Shown here piece after piece: positions 20,197 through 28,970 of a stretch of DNA of 64,000 nucleotides. The position numbers were made by a program, and so were the translations under genes. This DNA comes from a virus (taxonomy: Duplodnaviria > Heunggongvirae > Uroviricota > Caudoviricetes), in the IMG/VR virus record IMGVR_UViG_3300027126_000001. One strand, 5' to 3'. Under the pieces are notes generated by a model. The model did not search any database, was not told the origin of the DNA, and worked only from the letters and a program-made list of their open reading frames with translations. Positions within the stretch are counted from its first letter, which is position 1. Each line of letters opens with the position of its first letter.

Positions 20197-20256
20197 ATTA
20201 TCTTTTATATAAATATATAATGTTGATGTAATGAAAAATTTTCCGGAAAAATTCCT

Positions 20257-20523
20257 ATGAATTTCTGGAAATTATACGGAAAAGGTGATTTGGAATTATT
20301 TATTAGTATGGAAGTATATAAAAACTTTAGCGGGAAATCATCTGTATATGCATATATTATAGGAGCAGATTACATATCCATACAGTTTAAGAATTTAAAA
20401 GTTTACAACTATACATACTCTAGGGCAGGGGCAGGTAATGTAGAGAGAATGAAAACTTTAGCCAAACAGGGGTTGGGGTTGAATACTTTTATTAAGAGGT
20501 ATGTCAATAGTAATTATAGTTAA
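20257..20523 (+). CDS. KTSC-domain protein, the only credible plus-strand gene
   Basis: 88 aa. VYAYIIGADYISIQFKNLKVYNYTYSRAGAGNVERMKTLAKQGLGLNTFIKRY resembles the KTSC domain (xVxFxNGxxYxYxxVPxxxYxxLxxAxSxGxYFNxxIRxxY). Converges on the minus-strand array. Confidence 0.45.
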   Translation: MNFWKLYGKGDLELFISMEVYKNFSGKSSVYAYIIGADYISIQFKNLKVYNYTYSRAGAGNVERMKTLAKQGLGLNTFIKRYVNSNYS

Positions 20524-20582
20524 ACTTATATAAATATATATTACCATAGTCTAAAAATCGTCAGAAATATCTCTCTTAACTA

Positions 20583-20612
20583 AACCCGAGAGACCCGACT
20601 GTGATACCCGTT
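20583..20612. repeat. Three inverted-orientation copies of the iteron core (ACCCG, the reverse complement of CGGGT), including an exact GATACCCGTT
   Basis: aaACCCGag, agACCCGac and gatACCCGtt at 20584, 20593 and 20606, in the convergent gap between the KTSC gene and the array terminator. Confidence 0.45.
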
Positions 20613-20674
20613 AGGGAAACATACTAGCAGTTTTCTCTCAACTTGACATCACCGTGACGTCACCTTGACCATCC

Positions 20675-20706
20675 ACAAAAAAAAAGAGGCCTAAGCCTCT
20701 TCTTTA
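20675..20706 (-). terminator. Rho-independent terminator of the small-gene array (minus strand)
   Basis: Hairpin AGAGGC-TTAG-GCCTCT (plus 20685-20700) overlapping the TAG stop, followed on the minus strand by a 9-nt U-run (plus A-run 20675-20684). Confidence 0.6.
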
Positions 20707-20966
20707 AATTCTACCAAACTTTCAAATCGATATGTTACTACAACCTTCTTACCCATCACAAAGGTAAATCCAGTAAAACTAACTCTACCTACCCGATCTA
20801 CATTACATTCGTACTCATTTAATACTATTCTACCATCTAAAGAAGATCTTATTTGTCTTGTAATACATTTACCTGCATCCTCTCTATAGGAGTAAGTTGA
20901 ATCTCCTTTGTAAGTTGATTGTCCGATTGTAAAAGGTGTTCCGTTTAAAAATTGTTCTCTTGTCAT
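20691..20966 (-). CDS. Small hypothetical protein (array gene)
   Basis: 91 aa, cassette promoter upstream (20967-21035). Confidence 0.45.
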   Translation of the reverse strand: MTREQFLNGTPFTIGQSTYKGDSTYSYREDAGKCITRQIRSSLDGRIVLNEYECNVDRVGRVSFTGFTFVMGKKVVVTYRFESLVEFKEEA

Positions 20967-21012
20967 AATGTTATCTTGTTTTAATTATTGATACCTAAAT
21001 ATATGAACTATT

Positions 21013-21246
21013 CTAATCAAAGGCAACTATTTTTAAACTATTTTTATCTACTGAGGTTAGTTTATTTTCTATTGTTCTTAAGACTGCTTCATCATTCTGA
21101 TCAAACATCTCTAATAAGACTCCTATAACTCTCTTTCCAAAGAACTTATCTGTGCCTTCATAAACCATTCCAATCATTGGAGAGGAAGTCTTAGCGACTT
21201 TCCTCCCTTTGACCTTCCATGTTCCTTTTAAATCTCCATCACTCAT
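21013..21246 (-). CDS. Small hypothetical protein (array gene)
   Basis: 77 aa. Its last codons contain the AGTTGCC -33 element of the next cassette. Confidence 0.45.
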   Translation of the reverse strand: MSDGDLKGTWKVKGRKVAKTSSPMIGMVYEGTDKFFGKRVIGVLLEMFDQNDEAVLRTIENKLTSVDKNSLKIVAFD

Positions 21247-21443
21247 TAGGATGCCTTTGCTAACTCTTCTTGAACATTCTCTAATGCGATCTTATAGCCA
21301 AAGTTAATAGCCATCTGCATTAAAAGAATATCCATTGAACCATTATTAGCTTTAGCAAATGCTTCAAGATCTTCTCTTGTGTTAGGAGTTGCTACAATAC
21401 CTCTTGATAACATTTTGAACTGCTCTTCGAAAAACTTTTCCAT
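21246..21443 (-). CDS. Small hypothetical protein (array gene)
   Basis: 65 aa, cassette upstream. Confidence 0.4.
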   Translation of the reverse strand: MEKFFEEQFKMLSRGIVATPNTREDLEAFAKANNGSMDILLMQMAINFGYKIALENVQEELAKAS

Positions 21444-21519
21444 AACTTATTTGTTTTAATTATTGATACCTAAATATAAGAACTAACTCTGTAACTAGCA
21501 ACTTTATTTTTAACAGAGA

Positions 21520-21714
21520 TTAATCATAACCTCCGTCTTCTTCTTCATCTCCTTCAATACTTAATTTGTAATTTCCTTTAGCTGTTTCAACAATATCACA
21601 ATCATTTACTTTAATCCAACTACCTCCTCTTCCTGTTTCGATATACGAGAAGAATTTAATCTTTTTGTCTTGATCTAATTTTGATAACTGATCTACTAAT
21701 TCTTTTACTAACAT
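21520..21714 (-). CDS. Small acidic hypothetical protein (array gene)
   Basis: 64 aa, cassette upstream. Confidence 0.4.
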   Translation of the reverse strand: MLVKELVDQLSKLDQDKKIKFFSYIETGRGGSWIKVNDCDIVETAKGNYKLSIEGDEEEDGGYD

Positions 21715-21766
21715 AACTTTTATTGTTTTAATTATTGATACCTAAATATAAGAATTAACTTTGTAA

Positions 21767-22072
21767 CTAACAACTTTCTTCTAACCTTTTTTCTGTAACT
21801 AATGTATAATAAGTTCCTGAATATCCATTAGCAGCAGAGTTGTTTGTAGCTATGTTTAAGCTTGTAATTAATCCTGCTATTGCCTTTGGATTACAATTTA
21901 CCTTTTTATTACCCTTTTCATGTTGCCAAGAAGCCCCACATTCTAAAGTATAACTAAAATACTTTATAAGATATTCTAAAGTACCTTCTGCATAAGAATA
22001 CCTTGTTGGTCTTGATGACATAAATCCTCCATTTCTAGCTATTTCGATAATGAATGTTTTTTCTTTTTTCAT
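21767..22072 (-). CDS. Small hypothetical protein (array gene)
   Basis: 101 aa, cassette upstream. Confidence 0.45.
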   Translation of the reverse strand: MKKEKTFIIEIARNGGFMSSRPTRYSYAEGTLEYLIKYFSYTLECGASWQHEKGNKKVNCNPKAIAGLITSLNIATNNSAANGYSGTYYTLVTEKRLEESC

Positions 22073-22115
22073 GATACTATATGTTTTAATTATTGATACC
22101 TAAAGATAAGAAATA

Positions 22116-22129
22116 GCCCCCGAAGGGGC
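22116..22129 (-). terminator. UUCG-tetraloop GC hairpin inside a cassette (gene-end terminator/insulator); equivalents at 25299-25312, 25627-25640, 26244-26257, 28538-28551 and 38924-38937
   Basis: GCCCC-CGAA-GGGGC on the plus strand, which is GCCCC-UUCG-GGGGC on the transcript, followed by a U-rich tract. The 5' arm retains the AGTTGCC -33 element. Confidence 0.45.
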
Positions 22130-22137
22130 AACTCTTT

Positions 22138-22494
22138 TTACAATTCATTTTCTGCTCTTTCTAGCTCAACTACATCATCTTCTTCAATAGCTTCTCCGAA
22201 GTCCATAAAGTTATTCTCTAAAGCTTCTCTAACATAATCTAAATTCAATCCAATACTTTCTACTTCCAATCTATTATCATAACTGATATTAAATTCAACT
22301 GAAGTATAATCTACAATCTCTTCTGTATTCCTTTCAAAGCTATCGATAACTTTATCAATTGCTCTTTCAATATCATCTACTGAGATTACTCTTCCTCCTC
22401 CTTCAATTGAATTGATAAGATTAATAACATCTTCTTTTGAAAAGATTGAAGATACTGAATTCTGAACTGACTGTAATACTAATTCTTTTTTCAT
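22138..22494 (-). CDS. Small acidic hypothetical protein (array gene)
   Basis: 118 aa, cassette upstream, hairpin terminator downstream. Confidence 0.45.
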   Translation of the reverse strand: MKKELVLQSVQNSVSSIFSKEDVINLINSIEGGGRVISVDDIERAIDKVIDSFERNTEEIVDYTSVEFNISYDNRLEVESIGLNLDYVREALENNFMDFGEAIEEDDVVELERAENEL

Positions 22495-22560
22495 AATGTT
22501 ATATGTTTTAATTATTGATACCTAAATATATGAACTTTAATTGTAACTAGCAACTTTATT
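22495..22560 (-). promoter_or_regulatory. Representative promoter/leader cassette: AGTTGCTAG, 16 nt, TATATTTAGGTATCAATAATTAAAACATATAAnATC, ATG
   Basis: Near-identical copies lie at 20967-21035, 21444-21519, 21715-21766, 22073-22137, 22750-22816, 23201-23264, 23538-23599, 23858-23940, 24776-24840, 25256-25326, 25585-25649, 25947-26033, 26211-26267, 26571-26646, 26869-26931, 27109-27180, 27514-27595, 27764-27822, 28030-28110, 28495-28561, 28838-28910 and 29473-29545. Degenerate copies lie at 18775-18820, 31484-31560, 32935-32991, 35057-35140, 36018-36074, 36450-36486, 37658-37720, 38889-38955, 53348-53387 and 55883-55899. TTG(C), a 19-nt spacer and TAnnTTTAG fit the Bacteroidetes sigma-A -33/-7 promoter geometry. 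Confidence 0.6.
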
Positions 22561-22749
22561 TTAAAAAGATCTTTCCCAATCTCTCTCTTTAACATCATCA
22601 ATAATGTCCGAAAGTACTTGTCCTAACTCTTCATCAAAGTCAACATCATCAATAGATGTTTTGTCTTCTTTGTATTGAGCAATTAATTCATCAATCTCTT
22701 CAATGAATCTTTCTTTAATCAACTTTAATTCTTTAAATGCTTTTGCCAT
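22561..22749 (-). CDS. Small acidic hypothetical protein (array gene)
   Basis: 62 aa, cassette upstream. Confidence 0.4.
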   Translation of the reverse strand: MAKAFKELKLIKERFIEEIDELIAQYKEDKTSIDDVDFDEELGQVLSDIIDDVKERDWERSF

Positions 22750-22816
22750 GATTTTATTTGTTTTAATTATTGATACCTAAATATATGAATTAACTTTATA
22801 ACTAGCAACTATTTTT

Positions 22817-23200
22817 TTAGTTATTTTTAGCAATGTTTCTAAGATTAGTATACCAGTTTATTTGATAATCATCAGCTGTACCGATTAATTGTTTTAACAT
22901 TTGATCTTCCATTCCTACCTTCTCTAGAATGAATTGCATAGTCTCTCCATCTACATCAATCTCTCTTAAAGTATCAATTACTAATTGTACCTTATCTGAA
23001 TGATCAAGATGTATATGATAAGATTTAAAGTAATTATTCTCCCAATTGATGATCATTTGCTTTTCATCCTCTGTAGTGATTGTAGTTTCATTCACATCAA
23101 AGACCTCTATGATATCTGCGAAGTCCAATTCAAATTCATTCTGTGTTCTGTTTGATGCCTCTCTAATAAAGAAGTTGACATCCATAAATTCTTTTGTCAT
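22817..23200 (-). CDS. Small hypothetical protein (array gene)
   Basis: 127 aa, cassette upstream. Confidence 0.45.
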   Translation of the reverse strand: MTKEFMDVNFFIREASNRTQNEFELDFADIIEVFDVNETTITTEDEKQMIINWENNYFKSYHIHLDHSDKVQLVIDTLREIDVDGETMQFILEKVGMEDQMLKQLIGTADDYQINWYTNLRNIAKNN

Positions 23201-23264
23201 AATATATTGTTTTAATTATTGATACCTAAATATATGAACTTTAATTGTAACTAGCAACTTTATT

Positions 23265-23537
23265 TTACTGAGCTTTTTTTATTTCTTTTAAAAATTCCTC
23301 TAACATATCTTCATCTGAATTATGATACCCTAACTGACTGAAGAAGTTAGTTTCTAATTTTGAAATCAAATCTGTGAAAGATTCTATTGAATCAATTTCA
23401 AATAACATTTCCCCAAGATTTGAATAATGATTTCTAAATTCTTCTTTCTCTAAAGGAAGATCATCTGCAAAGATGTTGTACATTTCAATTGCAGATTCTT
23501 TCAATACTTGTTTTGCTGTATATAATAAATTTGACAT
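23265..23537 (-). CDS. Small acidic hypothetical protein (array gene)
   Basis: 90 aa, cassette upstream. Confidence 0.45.
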   Translation of the reverse strand: MSNLLYTAKQVLKESAIEMYNIFADDLPLEKEEFRNHYSNLGEMLFEIDSIESFTDLISKLETNFFSQLGYHNSDEDMLEEFLKEIKKAQ

Positions 23538-23599
23538 AATATATTGTTTTAATTATTGATACCTAAATATATGAACTTTAATTCAATTGAGCAACTTTT

Positions 23600-23857
23600 T
23601 TAAACTAAACATTTAAAAGAAGTTTCAAAATAAACACTACTTTTTACAGCTTGTCTAACAGCATAGATAGCATCCAATAATTCTTCATACTCAAAGACAT
23701 ACATAGGAAGTTTTGTTTGCATATTGCTGATTGAGAAACTTGTCCTGTTGTGGTTAATTAGAGTGTAATCTAAAGTTTCTCCATTTGAGCGTACTTCAAG
23801 ATTTTTTTTATTACCCATGTAATCACTAACTCCGATAACTGCTACTAATTTTGACAT
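23600..23857 (-). CDS. Small hypothetical protein (array gene)
   Basis: 85 aa, cassette upstream. Confidence 0.45.
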   Translation of the reverse strand: MSKLVAVIGVSDYMGNKKNLEVRSNGETLDYTLINHNRTSFSISNMQTKLPMYVFEYEELLDAIYAVRQAVKSSVYFETSFKCLV

Positions 23858-23986
23858 AATATATACTGTTTTAATTATTGATACCTAAATATATGAAATA
23901 GTCTAGTAACTAGCAACTATTTCACAAACTATTTTAACCCAAAAAGGCCCCTAATAGGAGCCCTTTCTTCGATCAATAATTAAAAA

Positions 23987-24775
23987 CTATTCAGCTAAAG
24001 TGTGCTGAACAATATTTTCTCGTAGTCCATAAACTTGATCAATTATAGAACTAACGTTTATATTTTCTTCGCTTGATGTACTACTTCCATGAGCAAAAGT
24101 AAATACTGCAGTACCTTTCTTACCCGACTTAGAAACATCAATCAACTTAATACTAATTACAGTTGGAGTGTAGTTGTATTTCAATTGAATACCTTTTCCT
24201 TTGACAAACTCAACTCCACCATTCTTTAAATCGAATTCAATTTTTTCTCTTTCTATAACTCTAATTAACTCTTGAACTTCTCTAACCTCTCTTCCTACTT
24301 GTTCCATTTCTTTATACACTGCACTATATTCTTCTCTGAAAGAAATCACAGCTTCATTTGCAGCATCAATCATTTTATCTTGATCATTCAAAACAATCTC
24401 TGCTAAATCTCCTAACATTCTTAATCTTTTTAATTCGAAAGAGTCAACTCCTTTTGTAGAAGTAGTATAGTAAGATAAATCAATTCCACTATAACACTTG
24501 TTACTTTTCACTCCATCAAAATTCCAATTCTCTCTTAAATTTAAACTAAATAATTCTTTCTTGTAAGAATAATCTGGATGATCTGCTTTAAAGTAAACAG
24601 ACCCTCTAGTTACTTCAATGTAAGCATAAGGACTAAATCCTGAGAAGAAGGGAAGTAAAGCATCTGAAATTGCTTGTTGCTCTCTTACGTAAATGTCCCC
24701 TCTTTTGTTTTCTATTAATTCTTTTTGAGCTGTAAGGATTGCTTTTTGATCCTCTAATAAACTTAATCTTGTCAT
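23987..24775 (-). CDS. Hypothetical protein, largest gene of the array (262 aa)
   Basis: ORF with a cassette upstream and a GC hairpin downstream. Confidence 0.5.
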   Translation of the reverse strand: MTRLSLLEDQKAILTAQKELIENKRGDIYVREQQAISDALLPFFSGFSPYAYIEVTRGSVYFKADHPDYSYKKELFSLNLRENWNFDGVKSNKCYSGIDLSYYTTSTKGVDSFELKRLRMLGDLAEIVLNDQDKMIDAANEAVISFREEYSAVYKEMEQVGREVREVQELIRVIEREKIEFDLKNGGVEFVKGKGIQLKYNYTPTVISIKLIDVSKSGKKGTAVFTFAHGSSTSSEENINVSSIIDQVYGLRENIVQHTLAE

Positions 24776-24866
24776 AATGTTATATGTTTTAATTATTGAT
24801 ACCTAAATATATGAACTTTAACTTTATGAGGCAACTATTTTAACAATTATTTTTAATTTATTTTGA

Positions 24867-24942
24867 TGTTGTGGAAGGATTCGAACCTTCGTCCTATCGG
24901 CCCCCTCGGACCGATCGCTTTCGCCGCTTCAGCTTCACAACA
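24867..24942 (-). tRNA. tRNA-like element with a canonical acceptor stem and T-arm but a non-canonical anticodon arm
   Basis: Minus strand reads TGTTGTG-AA-GCTG...GAAGG-TTCGAAT-CCTTC-CACAACA-T. A 7-bp acceptor stem, a perfect GGTTCGAATCC T-arm and a D-loop GG are present. The anticodon arm ATCGGT/CCGAGGGG/GCCGAT gives an 8-nt loop, and no CCA is encoded. Downstream lies the hairpin AAGCCC-N8-GGGCTT. Confidence 0.4.
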
Positions 24943-24958
24943 GCTTTATAAGCCCTTT

Positions 24959-25255
24959 TTATAGGGCTTTTAATATTTCTCTCTCAGCATCATTTGAAAC
25001 TGATTTACTTTTTGATCCGATATGCCATGTTACATATTCATCCCTTTCTAACGGACGACCTTCCTTCCAGTCGTAAATACAAAATACTTCCCCTTCATTT
25101 GTTTCCATTTCCCATTCGAAATTCACTTTGTCCTCACCCGTATTATATTCCATGGTCGGCTCTCCGAATGCTGAAATTAATTGATCAACTGTTGCTCGAA
25201 TTACAACTCCGTGAAATGACGTCCCGCTTGTGCTTTGATAAGTTTCTTTTGCCAT
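24959..25255 (-). CDS. Small hypothetical protein (array gene)
   Basis: 98 aa, cassette upstream. Confidence 0.45.
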   Translation of the reverse strand: MAKETYQSTSGTSFHGVVIRATVDQLISAFGEPTMEYNTGEDKVNFEWEMETNEGEVFCIYDWKEGRPLERDEYVTWHIGSKSKSVSNDAEREILKAL

Positions 25256-25326
25256 GATTTTATATGTTTTAATTATTGATATCTAAAGATAAGAAAAAGG
25301 CCCCGAAGGGCCAACCCTTTTGTCAA

Positions 25327-25584
25327 TTATTTTTTAAAAGTTTTTCTATTGGCTGTAAATGAGATAACCTCGTTTAAGTTAACAAATCTGAAGTCTCTTT
25401 TCTGCATATCGTATACAGTTAATAAATTCTTTTCGGAAGGATTGAAAGAATGTCCAACTCCTTTAACTCCTTTTCGTACTCCTCTCATGGCATTCATTTT
25501 TCTAAGACTTCCATCTTTTTTAACAAAAGTTACAGAGAAGATTTTCTTGTTAGCAGTTTCTTGTAATAGATTTTCTACGATCAT
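25327..25584 (-). CDS. Small basic hypothetical protein (array gene)
   Basis: 85 aa, cassette upstream. Confidence 0.45.
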   Translation of the reverse strand: MIVENLLQETANKKIFSVTFVKKDGSLRKMNAMRGVRKGVKGVGHSFNPSEKNLLTVYDMQKRDFRFVNLNEVISFTANRKTFKK

Positions 25585-25649
25585 GATTTTATATGTTTTA
25601 ATTATTGATACCTAAATATAAGAAGAAGCCTCCTAAGAGGCAACTTTTT

Positions 25650-25946
25650 TTAGATATTTTTTATAACTAATTTCAAATAGATTGGACGAATCTTACCACA
25701 CTTTAATCTAGAAGCCCAGCCCTCTTCCTCCAAAGTAGACTGTATATCCTTCACAGATAAGCCTTCTCTATGGAGAGCTACAATTCTAACTTTCATAGAA
25801 TCCTCTTTTGATTTCTTCTCTACAGTAGCTCCTTTAATATGTTTTTCAACAAGTGCTTGAAGATCTTCAGTCTTCATCATATGAGCTGGTTTAGTAGTTT
25901 GAACATTTAAACTTTTTACTTGAGCAATTAATTCTGATCTTGTCAT
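25650..25946 (-). CDS. Small hypothetical protein (array gene)
   Basis: 98 aa, cassette upstream. Confidence 0.45.
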   Translation of the reverse strand: MTRSELIAQVKSLNVQTTKPAHMMKTEDLQALVEKHIKGATVEKKSKEDSMKVRIVALHREGLSVKDIQSTLEEEGWASRLKCGKIRPIYLKLVIKNI

Positions 25947-26033
25947 GATTTTATATGTTTTAATTATTGATACCTAAATATATGAACTTAACTAATACGA
26001 AACAACTTTTTTAACAATTATTTTTAATTAGAA

Positions 26034-26210
26034 GTAATCTTTTTTACTGTATAAGACATTCCGTAATAACTCTTCTCTCCAGGAGATAATGCTGCTCTTC
26101 TTCTTTTAGCATAGGCCTTAGCCTCTTCATGATTTTCAAATTCAGCAACTACTTTGCTAATTGTACCGATATACCCTCCCTTTTGAATAACCTGTGTCAT
26201 GATTTTATAT
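26034..26210 (-). CDS. Small hypothetical protein (58 aa), below the ORF-track cutoff
   Basis: ATG at 26210-26208. Translates to MTQVIQKGGYIGTISKVVAEFENHEEAKAYAKRRRAALSPGEKSYYGMSYTVKKITSN. A full cassette with a UUCG hairpin lies upstream (26211-26265). Confidence 0.4.
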
Positions 26211-26267
26211 GTTTTAATTATTGATATCTAAAGATAAGAAATAGCCCCCGAAGGGGCAACTATTTTA

Positions 26268-26570
26268 CTAGTTATTTTTCAAAAAGTTTTCTTTAACAGA
26301 AGTTGGAACATAATAACGATATAGATTTCTACTATCGTTTTTCTTTTTCCATAGAAATCTTTTATACAAACCTTTTTGAAGTCCACGTCTTAACATGTCG
26401 GCATATTTTTTATTCGATTCCCAAGTTTCATTTCTGTAATAGTCAAAAACTTGTTCCTGAATTTCAGATTCTGTTCGAAATGGTTTTTCGATTAAAAAGT
26501 TTACAATTTCATTTACTGAACGATAAGGTTGGTCAAAACCTTTACCTAATAACATACTTGAATAACCCAT
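26268..26570 (-). CDS. Small basic hypothetical protein (array gene)
   Basis: 100 aa, cassette upstream. Confidence 0.45.
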   Translation of the reverse strand: MGYSSMLLGKGFDQPYRSVNEIVNFLIEKPFRTESEIQEQVFDYYRNETWESNKKYADMLRRGLQKGLYKRFLWKKKNDSRNLYRYYVPTSVKENFLKNN

Positions 26571-26646
26571 AGTTTATATTGTTTTAATTATTGATACCTA
26601 AATATATGAACTATTCTTTAAACGAGCAACTTTTTATACAACTTTT

Positions 26647-26868
26647 TTAGTTAAAGTATTCTGTATACAAATCATTATTTAAACCCTCTTCTAAAAATTC
26701 AGTCAAACTCCAATCAAAATAATTTGAGATATCTGAACTTAAAGTTTCTTCTAATTCCTCTAAATTAATATCTTTTTTTAATTTTAGATCAAAACCCTTA
26801 CCTGCATCTTCAAGAGCATTAACTAAATCCTCTTTACTAATTTCAAATGTAATTTTTACTGTACTCAT
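26647..26868 (-). CDS. Small acidic hypothetical protein (array gene)
   Basis: 73 aa, cassette upstream. Confidence 0.4.
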   Translation of the reverse strand: MSTVKITFEISKEDLVNALEDAGKGFDLKLKKDINLEELEETLSSDISNYFDWSLTEFLEEGLNNDLYTEYFN

Positions 26869-26931
26869 TTTTATATGTTTTAATTATTAATACCTAAATA
26901 TATGAACTATTATTTTAGTAGGCAACTTTTT

Positions 26932-27108
26932 TTACAACTTTTTTAAAAAATAAAGTTGATAGTCACAAATTAGATTTATAACGTCATCTTCTTCTAACTC
27001 TCCAAATTCTTCTTCATAGTTAGATATGATATTTTCTAAGTAGTCAAAATCTTCAACTTCACTTCTAGTTAGCTTATGTGCATCTAACCATTTAAAAACT
27101 TGCTCTTT
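26932..27108 (-). CDS. Small acidic hypothetical protein (58 aa), not in the ORF track
   Basis: ATG 27108-27106. Translates to MKEQVFKWLDAHKLTRSEVEDFDYLENIISNYEEEFGELEEDDVINLICDYQLYFLKKL. A cassette lies upstream (27109-27180). Confidence 0.4.
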   Translation of the reverse strand, partial: KEQVFKWLDAHKLTRSEVEDFDYLENIISNYEEEFGELEEDDVINLICDYQLYFLKKL

Positions 27109-27318
27109 CATAACTTTTATTGTTTTAATTATTGATACCTAAATATATGAACTTAACTAATACGAAGCAACTTTTTTTACAACTAATTTAAAGAAAGATT
27201 TGCTTGGGCCATTCTAACAACTAATTCCTGAGGATTAAATGACATATAAGAAACTCCTCCTAGATTTACTTCGTAATAAGTAACTCCTAATAATACTACT
27301 TTTTTCATATACTTTTTA

Positions 27319-27513
27319 TTATAAGTTCTCTAAAAATTCTTCATTATCTTCATCATTTATCCATTCATCAAAATTTATTTCAAATTGATTGTAAGGATGT
27401 TGAGTAATTTCTCCTAAGTATTCTAAAAATACTTTTTTTGTTTGTTCTTCATTCCAACCACATTCTAAACATGTACGAATGATTCCTTCTGGGATGTTAA
27501 TTGTAACTTGCAT
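27319..27513 (-). CDS. Small acidic hypothetical protein (array gene)
   Basis: 64 aa, cassette upstream. A possible co-transcribed 41-aa ORF follows at 27187-27309. Confidence 0.4.
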   Translation of the reverse strand: MQVTINIPEGIIRTCLECGWNEEQTKKVFLEYLGEITQHPYNQFEINFDEWINDEDNEEFLENL

Positions 27514-27595
27514 AACTCTTATTGTTTTAATTATTGATACCTAAATATAGTTAAAAGAAAGGGAACTAGCAACTAATTCCCTAACTTTTCTTAAC

Positions 27596-27763
27596 TTATC
27601 TTACTTCCAATATATCTAACACAACATCCTCCCTCTCTAATTCCTCTAAAGCTTCTATCCCATCTTCTACAAACAATTCCTCTTTTAAGAAAGTATCAAC
27701 TTTCTCTATACTATCAAAAACTTCAGCAACTGCTCCATCTATACTTAAAATAAATACCTTCAT
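27596..27763 (-). CDS. Small acidic hypothetical protein (55 aa), not in the ORF track
   Basis: ATG 27763-27761. Translates to MKVFILSIDGAVAEVFDSIEKVDTFLKEELFVEDGIEALEELEREDVVLDILEVR. A cassette lies upstream (27764-27840). Confidence 0.4.
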   Translation of the reverse strand: MKVFILSIDGAVAEVFDSIEKVDTFLKEELFVEDGIEALEELEREDVVLDILEVR

Positions 27764-27822
27764 AATTTTATATTTTTTAATTATTAATACCTAAATATAA
27801 GAACTCTTTTTTAATCTAGCAA

Positions 27823-28029
27823 CTATTTTTTAATAAAATCACAACTTTTTTCTTCAAACCAAGCTTTATTCGTTTCATTGGTATAAGGAAAAGTAGTAAC
27901 ACTAAACCCATGAATAAGAGCAATTGGCTCAAATCCTTCGGCTAAATAACCTTGATAAACTTTACCATTTTGATCGGCTGAGGAAAGTTTAGACTCTCCC
28001 GTCTTTGCATTGTACAAAAATACTTTCAT
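27823..28029 (-). CDS. Small hypothetical protein (array gene)
   Basis: 68 aa, cassette upstream. Confidence 0.4.
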   Translation of the reverse strand: MKVFLYNAKTGESKLSSADQNGKVYQGYLAEGFEPIALIHGFSVTTFPYTNETNKAWFEEKSCDFIKK

Positions 28030-28110
28030 CTTTTATATTGTTTTAATTATTAATACCTAAATATAGGAAAAAGGATTGTAACTAACAACCCTTTCCCCAT
28101 TTATTTTTAA

Positions 28111-28494
28111 TTATTTTTCTAAACCATTTATAACAAAAACTTTATCTGCCCAAGTCTTAGCATTGACTGCCTTGTATTGATTGTGATCCATTAGATTTGT
28201 ATTGTAGAATAAAGAATTGATTGTTCCTACCTCTATAGTCTCAGCTATCCTCTCATCCAATAAGATAACCTTTGTGCCCTTCTTAGCAAATACTGTTGTC
28301 CAATGGCTAGTTCCTTCAGCTTTAAACTGGATAGTCTGAAGAGCTCCTTTCTTCCATCTATCAAGAGAAGGTATATCAGACCCTATTTCAGCTGCTATCA
28401 TAAAGCCTGCTGGTACTTTTGTAATGGCCTGGAAGATACCTTTTCTACCTCCGATGAAATCTACTACTGTTAATCCTTTAATTTTGTTTACCAT
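28111..28494 (-). CDS. Small hypothetical protein (array gene)
   Basis: 127 aa, cassette upstream. Confidence 0.45.
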   Translation of the reverse strand: MVNKIKGLTVVDFIGGRKGIFQAITKVPAGFMIAAEIGSDIPSLDRWKKGALQTIQFKAEGTSHWTTVFAKKGTKVILLDERIAETIEVGTINSLFYNTNLMDHNQYKAVNAKTWADKVFVINGLEK

Positions 28495-28561
28495 GATATA
28501 TGTCGTTTTAATTATTGATACCTAAAGATAATGAATTGGCCCCGAAGGGCCAACCCTTTTG

Positions 28562-28837
28562 TTAATTATTTAAGTAATTAGCTTTGTAATTTGTTACTAT
28601 TACCTCAAATTGAGCTAGACAATCTACAGCTGATTTACCTTTTAAGCCATAGTATTGTTTTAGATCTTTTAATTTAACCCCTCTACAGCTTAATCCTTTT
28701 GACATTAATTTAAGGTTAAAATGATGAACTGATAATTGATAACCAAAGTAATTAACATTACCATTAGGAGTTGATACTGTAGGAGTGTTTAAAGTTCCTT
28801 CCTGTGCTGCTGTAAGAGCTTGTTCAAATTGTGTCAT
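28562..28837 (-). CDS. Small hypothetical protein (array gene)
   Basis: 91 aa, cassette upstream. Confidence 0.45.
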   Translation of the reverse strand: MTQFEQALTAAQEGTLNTPTVSTPNGNVNYFGYQLSVHHFNLKLMSKGLSCRGVKLKDLKQYYGLKGKSAVDCLAQFEVIVTNYKANYLNN

Positions 28838-28970
28838 AATATACTATGTTTTAATTATTGATACCTAAAGATAGTAAATTATCTAATACGAGGCAACTTT
28901 TATTCCATATTATTTTCCTATTAAAACAAATACTGCCATAGATAAAATATATTAAAAAACTTTGTGAATT

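Noticed and set aside
24867-24942. Calling a definite tRNA with a specific anticodon
   Set aside because: The acceptor stem and T-arm are canonical, but the anticodon arm gives an 8-nt loop (or a 6-bp stem). Isotype cannot be assigned by eye, so it is reported only as tRNA-like.
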